Positions 38,253 to 51,320 of a DNA stretch of 64,000 nucleotides are shown here, one piece after another. The notes below the pieces were generated by a model. It was not told the DNA's origin, ran no database searches, and was given only the letters and a program-made list of their open reading frames with translations. Origin of the DNA: Squalus acanthias (taxonomy: Eukaryota); NCBI GenBank assembly GCA_030390025.1, contig JASTWF010000036.1, positions 2,108,001-2,172,000 on the forward strand, in the 5' to 3' direction. Position numbers and translations under genes: made by a program. Positions within the stretch are counted from its first letter, which is position 1, and each line of letters opens with the position of its first letter.

Positions 38253-40090
38253 TTTAGCACTGATGACTTGAAGTGACATTACTTCTTGAGGCCTGGCTGG
38301 AACAATTGCATCATCTGTTGAATAGTCCAAGTGGTTTCTATAGTGACGGTGCCCTTATATTGTTAACCCTAATTAGACACGAATGGAATGATCAACCAAA
38401 ATGACCGCTTTGTTCCCAGGCTTGAAACCCATGATATCAGATGTAGTAGCTACTGATTGATGGCACAATGGAATGCCGTGACTCACACACAAACAAATGT
38501 CATTCGTTTTACCCGAGGGCACGAGTTTCATTGAGCGCTGACAAGCTGCAGGAGACACCCACAAAGTTGGGAGAGTTCTCAGCCAATGAAAACCACTTCT
38601 TTTCTTTTTTAAGAAACACCAAAGTTGATCTCATTTCTAAAATGGACGGTGGGATCAGGGAAACTGTGGAGCAAAAATCCGACATTTTAAACTCGAAGAC
38701 AAAAAAAGCTTGAGGCGTGAAGGTTGAGGATGAAGTGGGTTACTATTCCAGTAATAAAGCTACTCTTGGTGTTTGAGTACTTTTATGACTGTAATATTAG
38801 TGCCTGCAGACAAACCAGGGAGACAGAAATTCCCCTGGACCTGTTGGCAGTCTAAAGCATTAAAGGCGATCCTCAATTTTAACATGCACACCAAACCTTC
38901 TGAATACTTTCTGTAAACTTCTTCAGGAAATATAATCAAATATGATGATTTGAAGAGACCAGGGAGGATTTGGGGAAGGGGTACACAGCCTTGAGTCACA
39001 GTAATGAGAGATATTAAAAGAAAACGCACAGGGAGGCTCTGCCGATAGCTCAGTGGGTACTTGTGCGACACTGGGTCAATGAAGGTCACAGCTTTGATCT
39101 CGGGCCTGTGCTGAATTAGCTGAGCACAGACAGGTCAGCAGTAGAGGCGATACAACTAACATCAGTGCCCCTGGACAGCAATGGGGAAAAATAAAATCAG
39201 CTACGGTCTTGGGAGGGCTCTTAGCCCGGGACGGTGTATGCGAAATGGAGAAGTTGAAATCGTGCCGTGTGATATCAAAGAATGAATGAATGTGCATTTA
39301 TATCGCAACTTATCACATCCTCAGGATGTCCCAAAGTGCTTCATGTGCAGCAGCTAATTTGCACACAGCAAGGTCCCACAAACAGCAAGCGAATGATTAA
39401 AGATCTGGTTCTGGTGGTGTTGGAGACATGGAGAACTCCCCTGGTCTTCTTAGGATCTTTTACGTCCACCTGAACAGGCAGACAGGACTTAACATCTCGT
39501 CTGAAAGACGGCACCTCCATCAATGCAGCACTCCCTCAGCACTGCACTGAAATGCTCATCTTTGCTTACTAAATTCAAACATGTTTTCCACATTTTATTT
39601 ATTCATCCACAGTGTCACTACACCACAACAACAATAACTTGCAGCTTGGTCAAAGAGGTAGGCTTTAACGAGCGTCTTAAAGGAGGAGAGGTGGAGAGGT
39701 TTAAGGAGGGAATTCTAGAGCCGAGGGTCCAGGCGGCTGAAGGCACGGCCACTAATGGTGCAGCGATTAAAATCGGGGATGCGCAAGAGGCCGGAATTGA
39801 AGGAGCGCAGAGATCTCGGAGGGCTGGAGGAGATTACAGAGATAAGGAGGGCGAGGCCATGGAGGGATTTGAAAACAAGGATGAGAATTTTAAAATTGAG
39901 GTGATCAGGGACCAGGAGCCAATGTAGGTCAGCGAGCACTGGGGTGATGGATGGACTTGGTGCGGATTAGGACATGGGCAGCAGAATTTTGGACCACCCG
40001 CACTAAATATGTGGAATTACAGACCCAGGAGGGACAACTGACGACCTTGTCGCCCTGTATTAATACAAGTTCGGCTCAAACCATCCTCAC

Positions 40091-40248
40091 CTGGCAAAAC
40101 CGACACCTCGGCTGGTGCCATTGGCATCCCGCAGTATCCTGGTGGAAATAACCTGACCAAAGGGCTTGAGCATGTTCTGTAGCTCCTGCTCGTCCATGGT
40201 TAGTGGCAGGTTGGAGATGTACAGGTTCGTTGGGTCCTGTTCTTGTTG
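40091..40248 (-). CDS. RBMS2: RBMS2-like coding exon (158 nt, start of RRM2; about exon 5)
   Basis: Minus strand tttactctgcag|CAA...GCCAG|gtgagg translates [52 protein letters not shown](R), the RBMS/MSSP-family RRM2 with RNP2 LYISNL and RNP1 RGVGFA. Confidence 0.95.
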
Positions 40249-41785
40249 CTGCAGAGTAAAAACAGAAGTCTAATTACAGCGCTGTTCCATGCTTGCAGCA
40301 GTCTCGTTGTATCACCGTTGTGTCCCATTGCCCCCCCCACAGCCCCCTGTCAAGTAATCTCCCTTCCTCTCCTGACGGTAGATGTACGGACTGCAGCGGT
40401 TCAAGGCGGCAGCTCACCACCACCTTCTCAAGGGAAATTAGGGATGGGCAATAAATGCTGGTCTTGCCAGCGATGCCCACATCCCAGGAATGAATAAAAA
40501 AAAAAAATGCCCTCTGGTTCCTCACCCAAATGGCCATTCTTCATGCGCGAGACGCAGTGGCGGTTTGGTGACCTTTTTGACAGATGAGGCATATATGCCT
40601 AACCAAGCCAGCATGTTGCCATGGCAATGGGGCCTTCCCGTGGGATCCCACCACCACCAACCTTAGAAACCGTTACATGATCATTTCCCCACTGCATTTG
40701 TTGGGCCGGCCGTTTTCTTTTAAACCTTCGCATCCAGGATTGGACTCAAACGTGGGAGAAAAAAAACCCGAACCGGAGCATCACCAGACTCTTATCGCCG
40801 AATGTTGCTGCTCGGGAGTGCGTGACAATCAAGTGGGAATCTTTTCAAATTTCCTGAAGTCGGGCGGAGTCGAGTATTTATAACCAGAGGCAGCCACCTT
40901 GCACGCCAGCTGCTGCTGACAGCCCCCTCAGTGCCTTAATTCACCAAGCCTCTTCAACAGTGAGTGTCCACAGACTTTGTTCCAGCGTGATCCCGCTCTC
41001 ACTTGGCCAACTCACATGACCGTTTCCCAGCAGATATCACTGGGTAACAATCAGGAGTGCCGTTTTCTGGCCGGCTTCTCCGCTCGCTAGCTCGGAGCCC
41101 AATAGTAGTACCAGCGAGTGACTTGGGTAAAATCAGCCAATGTCCAACTACAGGCCAGAATCCAACCTGGGACATTCCTGGTCCATGTGGCTGGGTTCCA
41201 CACTGGGCGGCGCACTTACTAACTCAACCACAGTGGGACACTGTTGCACACTTGTTCCACTTCTAATTATAATACTGTTTACAAAGGTTCCCAGATGCAC
41301 TTGCGACAGTATATGCTATTCCTCTGGGGCCAGCAGTGAAATAAAACCCATCATCACTGCCTTTGAAACCACGTTTGATTTCAATTTGTGGGAATTTGCC
41401 ACCAGTCTATCAAGCACCTCCACTGTCCAAAACAAACCGCCTTTGAAGTGAAATCGTACACCCACTAACTTTACCTCGATATATTCGACACAACACAGGC
41501 TGGAGTGTATTTCAAGAATGTAACACACCTTGCTGATTTGACCTTTACCCTCATGGTTTAGGACGTAATCTGAACACCTCAGAGTGTTACTGCATTTGCA
41601 TATTCCACACCTAAAGGGCTGTTACATATTTGTTATACAACTGCTAAGGAAGCTGTTATATATTTATTCCACCTCTGTTACAGACTCATTCCATGCTTGC
41701 TACAGGGCGGTTATATACTCATTACGTACCTGTTACAGGCTGTCACATAATCATTACACACTTAGAGCTACTATGTACGCAATTC

Positions 41786-42205
41786 TTGATCGGCACCCCA
41801 TCCACCACCTTAAACATTCACTCTCTCCACCACCGGCGTACCGTGGCTGCAGTGTGTACCATCTACAAGATGCGCTGCAGCAACTCGCCAAGGCTTCTTT
41901 GACAGCACCTCCCAAACCCGCGACCTCTTCCACCTAGAAGGACAAGGGCAGCAGGCGCATGGGAACACCACCACCTCCAAGTTCCCCTCCAAGTCACACA
42001 CCATCCTGACTTAGAAGTATATCGCCGATCCTTCATCGTCGCTGGGTCAAAATCCTGGAACTCCCTCCCTAACAGCACTGTTGGAGCACCTTCACCACAC
42101 GGACTGCAGCGGTTCAAGAAGGCGGCTCACCACCACCTTCTCAAGGGCAGTTAGGGATGGGCAATAAATGCTGGCCTTGGCAGCGACGCCACATCCCGTG
42201 AATGC
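41786..42205 (+). mobile_element. LINE 3' fragment of a further family (copies at 62296-62690, 40388-40507 and 56620-56675 on +; 35633-35700 and 47367-47455 on -)
   Basis: Near-identical repeated sequence encoding HSLHHRRTVAAVCTIYKM...WNSLP and a shared 3' end gggatgggcaataaatgctggcc...atgaataaaa. Clade not determined. Confidence 0.8.
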
Positions 42206-42689
42206 TTCATATTACAGGGCTGTTCTATACCTGTTCCAGCCTACCATGGGGCTGTTACATACTTGTTATATAACTGATGTACGTCCATTAAAGTAATACA
42301 TTGATCCTGAAGCAATTTGGGACATCCTGAGGATGTGAAAAGCGCTCAGAAATGCATGCTCGTTCATGTTCCATGCCTGTTACACAGGGCTTTTCTTTAC
42401 TTGGTATAATGTTTCAGATTTATTAAACTCCTTCAACTGAACAAAATGCTCCCAGATATAAAGTCCAGATGGGAAGACACATGGAGCCCAGTTTGGGAAA
42501 CACTGAAGGGGACGGAGATTGCCTTACTGAGTAACTGGTGCCAGGCTAAGTAACGTAGGCCCAATATTTTCCGGGGGCGGAAATATCCCCACTCATTTGC
42601 CTGTGCGTGCAAGGATTGATATTTTATTAATAGATTCGTAAAATAAAGCACTAAATTTTTGGGAATAATGAAAATGGAACCAAGCTAAC

Positions 42690-42812
42690 CTCACTCCTCC
42701 TTGTTTAGACTATCCTTCTTCATAACACAGTCCTCTTAGTTCAGGAATCATCCTTGAGCTCCTCTTGTGGTCTCGCTCCAATAATTTTACATCTTTCCTG
42801 CAATATGGAGCC
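42690..42812 (-). mobile_element. Old CR1 ORF2 relic abutting the 35-bp array
   Basis: Translates WAPYCRKDVKLLERDHKRSSRMIPELRGLCYEEG*, aligning to WSPYLRKDMLALEAVQRRFTRSIPEMRGLTYEER of the 49.5-kb CR1. Confidence 0.75.
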
Positions 42813-45800
42813 CATCCCTCCAGTCCCCTAACTCTCCCATCAAAGCCCATCCCTCCAGTACCCTAACACCCCCATCAAAGCCCATCCCTCTAGTACCCTA
42901 ACTCTCCCATCAAAGCCCATCCCTCCAGTCCACTAACTCTCCCATCGAAGCCCATCCCTCCAGTACCCTAACTCTCCCATCAAAGCCCATCCCTCCAGTA
43001 GCCTAACTCTCCCATCAAAGCCCATCCCTCTAGTACCCTAACTCTCCCATCAAAGCCCATCCTTCTAGTACCCTAACTCTCCCATCAAAGCCCATCCCTC
43101 CAGTAGCCTAACTCTCCCATCAAAGCCCATCCCTCTAGTACCCTAACTCTCCCATCAAAGCCCATCCCTCTAGTACCCTAACTCTCCCATCAAAGCCCAT
43201 CCCTCCAGTAGCCTAACTCTCCCATCAAAGCCCATTCCTCTAGTACCCTAACTCTCCCATCAAAGCCCATCCCTCCAGTAGCCTAACTCTCCCATCAAAG
43301 CCCATCCCTCTAGTACCCTAACTCTCCCATCAAAGCCCATCCTTCTAGTACCCTAACTCTCCCATCAAAGCCCATCCCTCCAGTACCCTAACACCCCCAT
43401 CAAAGCCCATCCCTCCAGTACCCTAACTCTCCCATCAAAGCTCATCCCTCTAGTACCCTAACCCCCCCATCAAAGCCCATCTCTCCAGTACCCTAACTCC
43501 CCCATCAAAGCCCATCCCTCTAGTACCCTAACTCACCCATCAAAGCCCATCCCTCCAGTACCCTAACTCACCCATCAAAGCCCATCCCTCCAGTACCCTA
43601 ACTCCCCCACCTAAGCCAATCCCTCCAGTACCCTAACTCTCCCATCAAAGCCCATCCCTCCAGTACCCCAACTCTCCCATCAAAGCCCATCCCTCTAGTA
43701 CCCTAACTCCCACATCAAAGCCCATCCCTCTAGTACCCTAACTCTCCCATCAAAGCCCATCCCTCTAGTACCCTAACTCCCCCATCAAAGCCCATCCCTC
43801 TAGTACCCTAACTCACCCATCAAAGCCCATCCCTCCAGTACCGTAACTCTCCCATCAAAGCCCATCCCTCCAGTACCCTAACTCTCCCATCAAAGCCCAT
43901 CCCTCCAGTACCCTAACTCCCACATCAAAGCCCATCCCTCTAGTACCCTAACTCTCCCATCAAAGCCCATCCCTCTAGTACCCTAACTCACCCAAAGCCC
44001 ATCCCTCCAGTACCCTAACTCTCCCATCAAAGCCCATCCCTCCAGTACCCTAACTCTCCCATCGAAGCCCATCCCTCTAGTACCCTAACCCTTCCATCGA
44101 AGCCCATCCCTCCAGTACCCTAACTCTTCCATCAACGCACATCCCTCCAGTACCCTAACTCTCCCATCGAAGCCCATCCCTCTAGTACCCTAACCCTTCC
44201 ATCGAAGCCCATCCCTCCAGTACCCTAACTCTTCCATCAACGCACATCACTCTAGTACCCTAACTCTTCCATCGAAGCCCATCCGTCCAGTACCCTAACT
44301 CCCCCATCAAAGCCCATCCCTCCAGTACCCTAACTCCCCCATCAAAGCCCATCCCTCCAGTCCCCTAACTCTCCCATCAAAGCCCATCTCTCCAGTACCC
44401 TAACTCTCCCATCAAAGCCCATCCCTCTAGTACCCTAACTCTCCCATCCCTCTAGTACCCTAACTCTGCCATCAAAGCCCATCCCTCTAGTACCCTAACT
44501 CTCCTAACAAAGCCCATTCCTCTATACCCTAACTCTCCCATCAAAGCCCATCCCTCCAGTACCCTAACTCTCCCATCAAAGATCATCCTTCCATTTCCCT
44601 AACTCTCCCATCAAAGCCCATTCCTCTAGTACCCTAACTCTCCCATCAAAGCCCATCCCTGTATACCCTAACTCTCCCATCAAAGATCATCCTTCCATTT
44701 CCCTAACTCTCCCATCAAAGCCCATTCCTCTAGTACCCTAACTCTCCCATCAAAGCCCATCCCTGTATACCCTAACTCTCCCATCAAAGCCCATCCTTCT
44801 AGTACCCTAACTCCCCCATCAAAGCCCATCCCTCTAGTACCCTAACTCTCCCATCGAAGCCCATCCTTCTAGTACCCTAACTCTCCCATCAAAGCTCATC
44901 CCTCCAGTACCCTAACTCTCCCATCAAAGCCCATCCCTCCAGTACCCTAACTCTCCCATCAAAGCCCATCCCTCCAGTACCCTAACTCACCCATCAAAGC
45001 CCATCCTTCTAGTACCCTAACTCACCCATCAAAGCCCATCCCTCTAGTACCCTAACTCCCCCATCAAAGCCCATCCCTCGAATACCTTAACTCACCCATC
45101 AAAGCCCATCCCTCTAGTACCCTAACTCCCCCATCAAAGCCCATTCCTCTAGTACCCTAACTCTCCCATCAAAGCCCATCCCTCCAGTACCCTAACTCTC
45201 CCATCAAAGCCCATCCCTCTAGTACCCTAACTCTCCCATCGAAGCCCATCCCTCTAGTACCCTAACTCCCCCATCAAAGCCCATCCCTCGAATACCTTAA
45301 CTCTCCCAACAAAGCCCATCCCTCTAGTACCCTAACTCTCCCATCGAAGCCCATCCCTCTAGTACCCTAACTCACCCATCAAAGCCCATCGCTGTATACC
45401 CTAACTCCCCCATCAAAGCCCATCGCTGTATACCCTAACTCTCCCATCACAGTCCATCCCTCTAGTACCCTAACTCTCCCATCAAAGCCCATCCCTCCAG
45501 TACCCTAACTCTCCCATCAAAGCCCATCCCTCTAGTACCCTAACTCTCCCATCAAAGCCCATCCCTCTAGTACCCTGACTCTCCCATCAAAGCCCATCCC
45601 TCCAGTACCCTAACTCTCCCATCAAAGCCCATCCCTCTAGTACCCTAACTCTCCCATCAAAGCCCATCCCTCTATACCCTAACTCTCCCATCAAAGCCCA
45701 TCCCTCTAGTACCCTAACTCACCCATCAAAGCCCATCCTTCTAGTACCCTAACTCTCCCATCAAAGCCCATCCCTCTATACCCTAACTCTCCCATTAAAG

Positions 45801-45877
45801 CCCATCCCTCTAGTACCCTAACTCTCCCATTAAAGCCCATCCCTCTCGTACCCTAACTCTCCCATCAAAGCCCATCC
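42809..45877. repeat. Minisatellite, 35-bp unit, about 88 copies
   Basis: Unit CCCATCCCTC(C/T)AGTACCCTAACTCTCCCATCAAAG read directly. Confidence 0.97.
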
Positions 45878-48875
45878 AACCACATTTATAATGCAGTTCT
45901 GCTTCAATTTGAAGTGATGTTCTAGTATGTGTTGGCTCCGGTGTCACGGGTATTCCCCGTTTACACCTTCGGGTGGCATTGAGCATTGGCGGAAACTGAG
46001 ACACAACCGGGCATGCACAAGATTGAGCGTGGGCAGTTGCTTCCAAGTCACAAGGCCATGGAAAGATCTGTAACGTAAAAAAATAAAATAAAATCTCGAA
46101 AAAAAATCTCGAACTGCAGGCCGATACAGGAAGATTCAGATATCAGCCCACCAACAGCCTGGAAGAAAGGTGACTCCTGACAGCTTATGCCAACAGAGGC
46201 AGCCGTTTTTAATCGCCATTCATAGGGCTTTGCCTCTTGCGGCACGAAAGCCACCTTGTCCACCTCAAGGCACTTCCACAGGGGGGGGATGAAACACAGC
46301 ACCGTTGAAACCAGTGGTTGAACGTTCTCGAGCAACATGGGGTGGCCTTGTGCTGGTGACTACCTTCTGGTGAGGTGGATGCTCTAACACCTGGTCTCTC
46401 TAAGGTAACCAGAGCTGGCTGCCCTCCCTCTGGTACTCAGATTGGACTGTGAAAGGGTTAACGTCTCTCGACACAACAGTTCCTGGAAATCACTGCTCGT
46501 GGGGGAGAAAAGAGAACGAGAAGAAAAAAAAAAGAAAATCTCCAACAACACTAGGTTACAGATTGAGCAAATGTTTCACTGCTGAACACAGCATGGAAAT
46601 TTCCCAGCTGCTCTTACTGACAGCTTCAGTCCTGCGCATACAACTAACGCTTGATTAACAGTTCTTGGAAAAAAAAACGAAGGACCCCTTGCCTCTTGTT
46701 CCAAGAATCCAGGAAACCAGACATTAGAGATTTCAATGACAAAATACACAAACAATGAGTGGCTAATTCAGAAGTCTACCTGCCTTGATGACCTTTCACT
46801 TCCCACACCCTCCCCTCACTCGGCCCCCACCCCTCCCTGCCATGCTTATTTTGTTGTTCTTCAAAAACATATATTTACCCCTTTGAGCCTACAAATATAG
46901 GTTGCTTTTTCTCATGCTCGTCTGTTTTCACTCAGGCAGTGTTGAACCGTGACTGTTAATTGGCAAAGGACCATCTCAGATACCAGAGCCGTGCAAATCA
47001 GTGGAACGCACGTACTGCGTCTGGACCTCCACCAGATGTCTGCCCGTCTCCTGGTGTTGCTTTGCCAATTGTTCCCTTTATTTTCTCTTCCCCCCCCCCC
47101 CTCCTGAGGTAGCACAGGCATAGGGACGGCCTCTAGCACCTCGCCCAACGACTCCCCATCCACGCCCGCGTCGCAGGAGTCGCTGCTTGGCGATCGGAAT
47201 GGCAGCTCTGCTGGGGTGGCAACTTTGGCAGATTTTCTAATTCCCTTCCCTTAGCCCTTGGCCCACTGTGGTGCCCAAACATGTGCCCAGTCTGAGATCA
47301 GCTGACTTGGCAGAGCTCAGGGATCGAACCCGCGACCCTCTAGTCTGTACACCACTGCAAGGTACTTGTTTTTATTCGTTCCTGGGATGTGGGCGTCGCT
47401 GGCAAGGCCAGCATTTATTGCCCATCCCTAATTGCCCTTGAGAAGATGGTGGTGAGAAGGTACTGCTCCGAGTGCTGCCTTTTGTTCCACTTACAAGCTG
47501 GAGATCGCCAAGCGCAAAGAAGCTACCTGCTTTGTGTTCTCAACAAGGGAGATGCCAAGTGCCCAGCACAGGTCCCGTGCAGAGCACAGCTCCTTCTACT
47601 CTGCCCCAGCAAAGACCCTAGCCCACGGCACCATTGGGACATGTCCTGTAGCCCCTTCGTGAGCGAGACTGGCAAATTAGAAAAGGTAGAAGTTAAACCG
47701 GACAACAACCATTTGAAACACTTGTACCTAAAAAGGGTTCGCCCCCTGATTTCATGGAATTTGGTACCAGCTGGTGAAGTGCTTGTCCGAGACCTCACTG
47801 TTGCACGTTTGACCTTTCCGTGCCAAATCAGAAGCAGTTTTGGGTAAATGCCCATTAGGAATACAGTTCAGCCCAAACCCACCTTACCGAAGAAATCTAT
47901 GGCCAGCACAGGGTAGGTTGGCTTAAAAACAAAAGGCTGCTTTAGTGATGCCACGAGTCCGGCCAGCACGGAGATGATTGGGTAATTCCAGCCTCCAAAC
48001 CATTGGCTGACGCAGTGGTGTCCATATTCACTCCGAGCTCAAAAAACTGCCTCACTTCTCGCCCCAGTGAACCCTGCTCGAAGGTATGCAGCAGGCAAGC
48101 ACAGCATGGCCCGCGTGACGGCTCGCGCAGGCAAATAGCCCGTCGGCCAACACTCGTTCTCCGGGGCTGCGTGCGAAGAACGGCCCCGTGGGTAGAAGGC
48201 AGTGGTGAAGCTGGTGTCGCGGCACCTGCCAGCCTTCACAGACCATTTCACTTGGCCACTTCAGACGCGAGCAAAATCCCTCACTTGAACGACAGGCTTA
48301 GAACTCAGGGCCAGCTATTTCATGTCCTGCAGAGTCAGGGCAGGCTCAAGGGAGATTTTGATTTCCCTCTGGTTAATGCGATCACTTAAACTCCTTTCAA
48401 GTAGAAAGGCTTACGGCTGCAGTCAGAAGCACACAAAGGCTTTTTATCTCCCTGTATTGAACAGTGTGTTACCAAAGTCAGCCACAAACCCTTAGATTGA
48501 GTAAACCAACTGAACGAACACTATGTCATGCAATGTTCCAAACAGGCATTCTTAACTTGGGGATTAAGAATTGCTGCTGGCACAGGGACATCGAGTAAAA
48601 ATATTACACGGTCCTCTGTATGAAGGGAATGTTTCACTGCAGTGTCACTCCCTCAGATTATTGGCTTTACATTACATGTCCTTTTTTGTGCTGCCAGCCC
48701 CCCGGTTATCCATCTGCTCATTTCAAATGGGCGGAAAATCTCGGGCCTGGACATTTGTCGAAGGGATTCATCTCAATTTCTGGAAATGTCAAGGAGTTTA
48801 GTGCGAATTGTTTGATCGTCGGTCTCGAGCACACATTTTCTCACGCTGTCTTCTTGTATTATCACCATCAGGGGC

Positions 48876-49026
48876 GGGCAATTTTAACCTGAACCCGCTG
48901 GGCGGGAAATGGGGGGTGTTCAGGCCCGTTTCGTTGGAGCGTAAAATTGGGGCGGGCTGTAAAACGGGCGGCCGACCCAAGCCAGCCAGCTTCCTGCCGG
49001 GGGGGAGTTAGGTTAAAATTGTTCCC
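48876..49026. mobile_element. Small MITE
   Basis: Inverted ends caattttaacct / aggttaaaattg around a GC-rich interior. Confidence 0.6.
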
Positions 49027-49257
49027 CGTGAATCAACAGTCATGCCTCAGTACAGCTGCTGAGGAGTGAGGGGGGGGGGGGGGCAATGGGTGATTATGGC
49101 AGGGGGGTGTCCCATCCTATTTCCTGCTGTAACCCCAGCAGGAACCCGGTAGAAACAGCGCACGCAGAGGTTATGGGGGGGTTCTGCCAAAGTTCTGGCG
49201 GGAGATCGGGGGAACAAACTCGCCCCCTGTGGAAATTCCAGGCAATTGGTAGCACTG

Positions 49258-51320
49258 CTCGTTTCTGAGTGGGTAACATACTCGCCTCGGAGTCAGAAGG
49301 TCGTGGGTTCAAGTCCCACTCCAGAGACTTGAACACAAAAATCCAGGCTTACACTCCAGTGCAGTGCTGAGGGAGTGCTACACTGTCGGAGGTGCCGTCT
49401 TCAGATGAGACGTTAAACCGAGGTCCCGTCTGCTCTCTCAGGTGGATGTAAAAGAACATAAGAAATAGGAGCAGGAGTAGGCCACTTGGCCCCTCGAGCC
49501 TGCTCCGCCATTCAATAAGATCATGGCTGATCTTGGGCTCAAAGCCACTTCCCTGCCCGCTCCCCATAACCCTTCACTCCCTTATCTTGTAAAAATCTGT
49601 CTATCTCCACCTTAAATGTATTTAATGACCCAGCCTCCACGGCTCTCTGGGGCAGAGAATTCCACAGATTTACGACCCTCTGAGAGAAGAAATGCCTCCT
49701 CATCTCAGTTCTAAAAGGGCGACCCTTTATTCTGAGACTGTGCCCCCGAGTTCTAGATTTCCCCACGAGGGGAAACATCCTCTCTGCATCTACCTTGTCG
49801 AGCCCCCTCAGTATCTTATATGTTTCGATAAGATCACCTCTCATTCTCCTAAATTCCAATGAGTATAGGCCCAACCTGCTCAACCTTTCCTCATAAGTCA
49901 AACCCCTCATCTCTGGAATTGACCTAGTGAATCGTCTCTGAACTGCCTCCAATGCAAGCATATCCTTCCTTAAATAAGGAGACCAAAACTGTACGCAGTA
50001 CTCGAGGTGTGGTCTCACCAATACCCTGTACAGTTGTAGCAGGACTTCCCTGCTTTTATACTCCATCCCCCTTGCATTAAAGGCCAACATTCCATTTGCC
50101 TTCCTGATTACTTGCTGTACCTGCATGTTAACTTTTTGTGTTTCATGCACAAGGACCCCCAGGTCCCTTTGAACTGTAGCATTTTGTAATCTCTCTCCAT
50201 TTAAATAATAATTTGCTTTTTTATTTTTCCTGCCAAAGTGGATAACCTCGCACTTTCCCACATTATACTCCATCTGCCAAATGTTTGCCCACTCACTTAG
50301 CCTGTCTATATCCCTTTGCAGATTCTTTGAGTCCTCTGCACAACTTGCTTTCCCACCCATCTTTGTATCATCCGCAAACTTGGCTACATTACACTCGGTC
50401 CCTTCATCCATGTCATTAATGTAGATTGTAAATAGTTGGGGCCACAGCACCGATCCTTGTGGCACCCCACTAGTTACCATTTGCCAACCAGAAAATGACC
50501 CATTTATCCCGACTCTCTGCTTTCTGTTAGTTAGCCAATTCTCTATCCATGCTAATATATTACCCGCAACTCCGTGAGCTCTTATCTTATGCAGTAACCT
50601 TTTATGTGGCACATTATCGAATGCCTTCTGGAAATCCAAATACACCACATCCACTGGCTCACTCTTGTCCACCCTGCTTGTTGCATCCTCAAAGAACTCC
50701 AGCAAATTTGTTAAACATGATTTCCCTTTCCTAAAACCATGCTGACTCTGTTTGACTGCAGTATGTTTTTCTAAATGCCCTGCTACTGCTTCCTTAATGA
50801 AGGACTCCAGCATTTTCCCAACGACAGATGTTAGGCTAACTGGTCTATAGTTTCCTGCTTTCTGTCTCCCTCCTTTCTTAAATAGGGGTGTTACATTAGC
50901 GGTTTTCCAATCCGCTGGGACCTCTCCTGAGTCCAGGGAATTTTGGTATATTGCAACCAATGCATCCACTATCTCTGCAGCCACTTCTTTTAAGACCCTG
51001 GGATGCAGGCCATCTGGTCCAGGGGACTTGTCGTCTTTTAGTCCCATTATTTTACCGAGTACTATTTCCCATGGCGCTATTTCGAAGAAGAGCAGGGGAG
51101 TTATACCCGGTGTCCTGGCCGATATTTATTTATCCCTCAATCAACATAACAACAGATTATCTGGTCATTATCACATTGCTGTTTGTGGGAGCTTGCTGTG
51201 CACAAATTGGCTGCCACGTTTCCCACATTACAACAGTGACTACACTTCAAAAAAAGTACTTCATTGGCTGTAAAGCACTTTGGGACATCCTGAGGTTGCG
51301 CTATAGAAATGCAATCCTTT
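49258..51320 (+). mobile_element. DeuSINE split by the 1.6-kb CR1 insertion
   Basis: 5' half ends ...ggtggatgtaaaaga (49455); 3' half resumes tcccatggcgctatttcgaag (51067). These are contiguous in the 37.1-kb copy. Confidence 0.88.
49454..51066 (-). mobile_element. CR1-clade LINE, 5'-truncated, with an uninterrupted 502-aa ORF2 RT/C-terminal frame (49539..51047)
   Basis: KSPGPDG, NYRPVSLTS, YLDFQKAFD, GVPQGSVL and KFADD RT motifs; CR1 C-terminus RPHLEYCVQFWSP...WNSLP; 3' UTR ending in a TTCTTATG tail. Confidence 0.95.

Noticed and set aside
18414..40248. Assignment as RBMS1 or RBMS3
   Set aside because: The 110- and 47-nt exons, DPTTALQN, SWMHHxSYLMQP and the short C-terminal exon fit RBMS2 best from memory. 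Phylogeny and synteny would be needed to confirm.
42809..45877. Interstitial telomeric array
   Set aside because: Only one TTAGGG per 35-bp unit and never tandem hexamers.
49539..51047. Domesticated reverse transcriptase gene
   Set aside because: 5'-truncated with no endonuclease or ORF1, retains the CR1 3' tail, and sits inside a SINE; an ordinary recent insertion.
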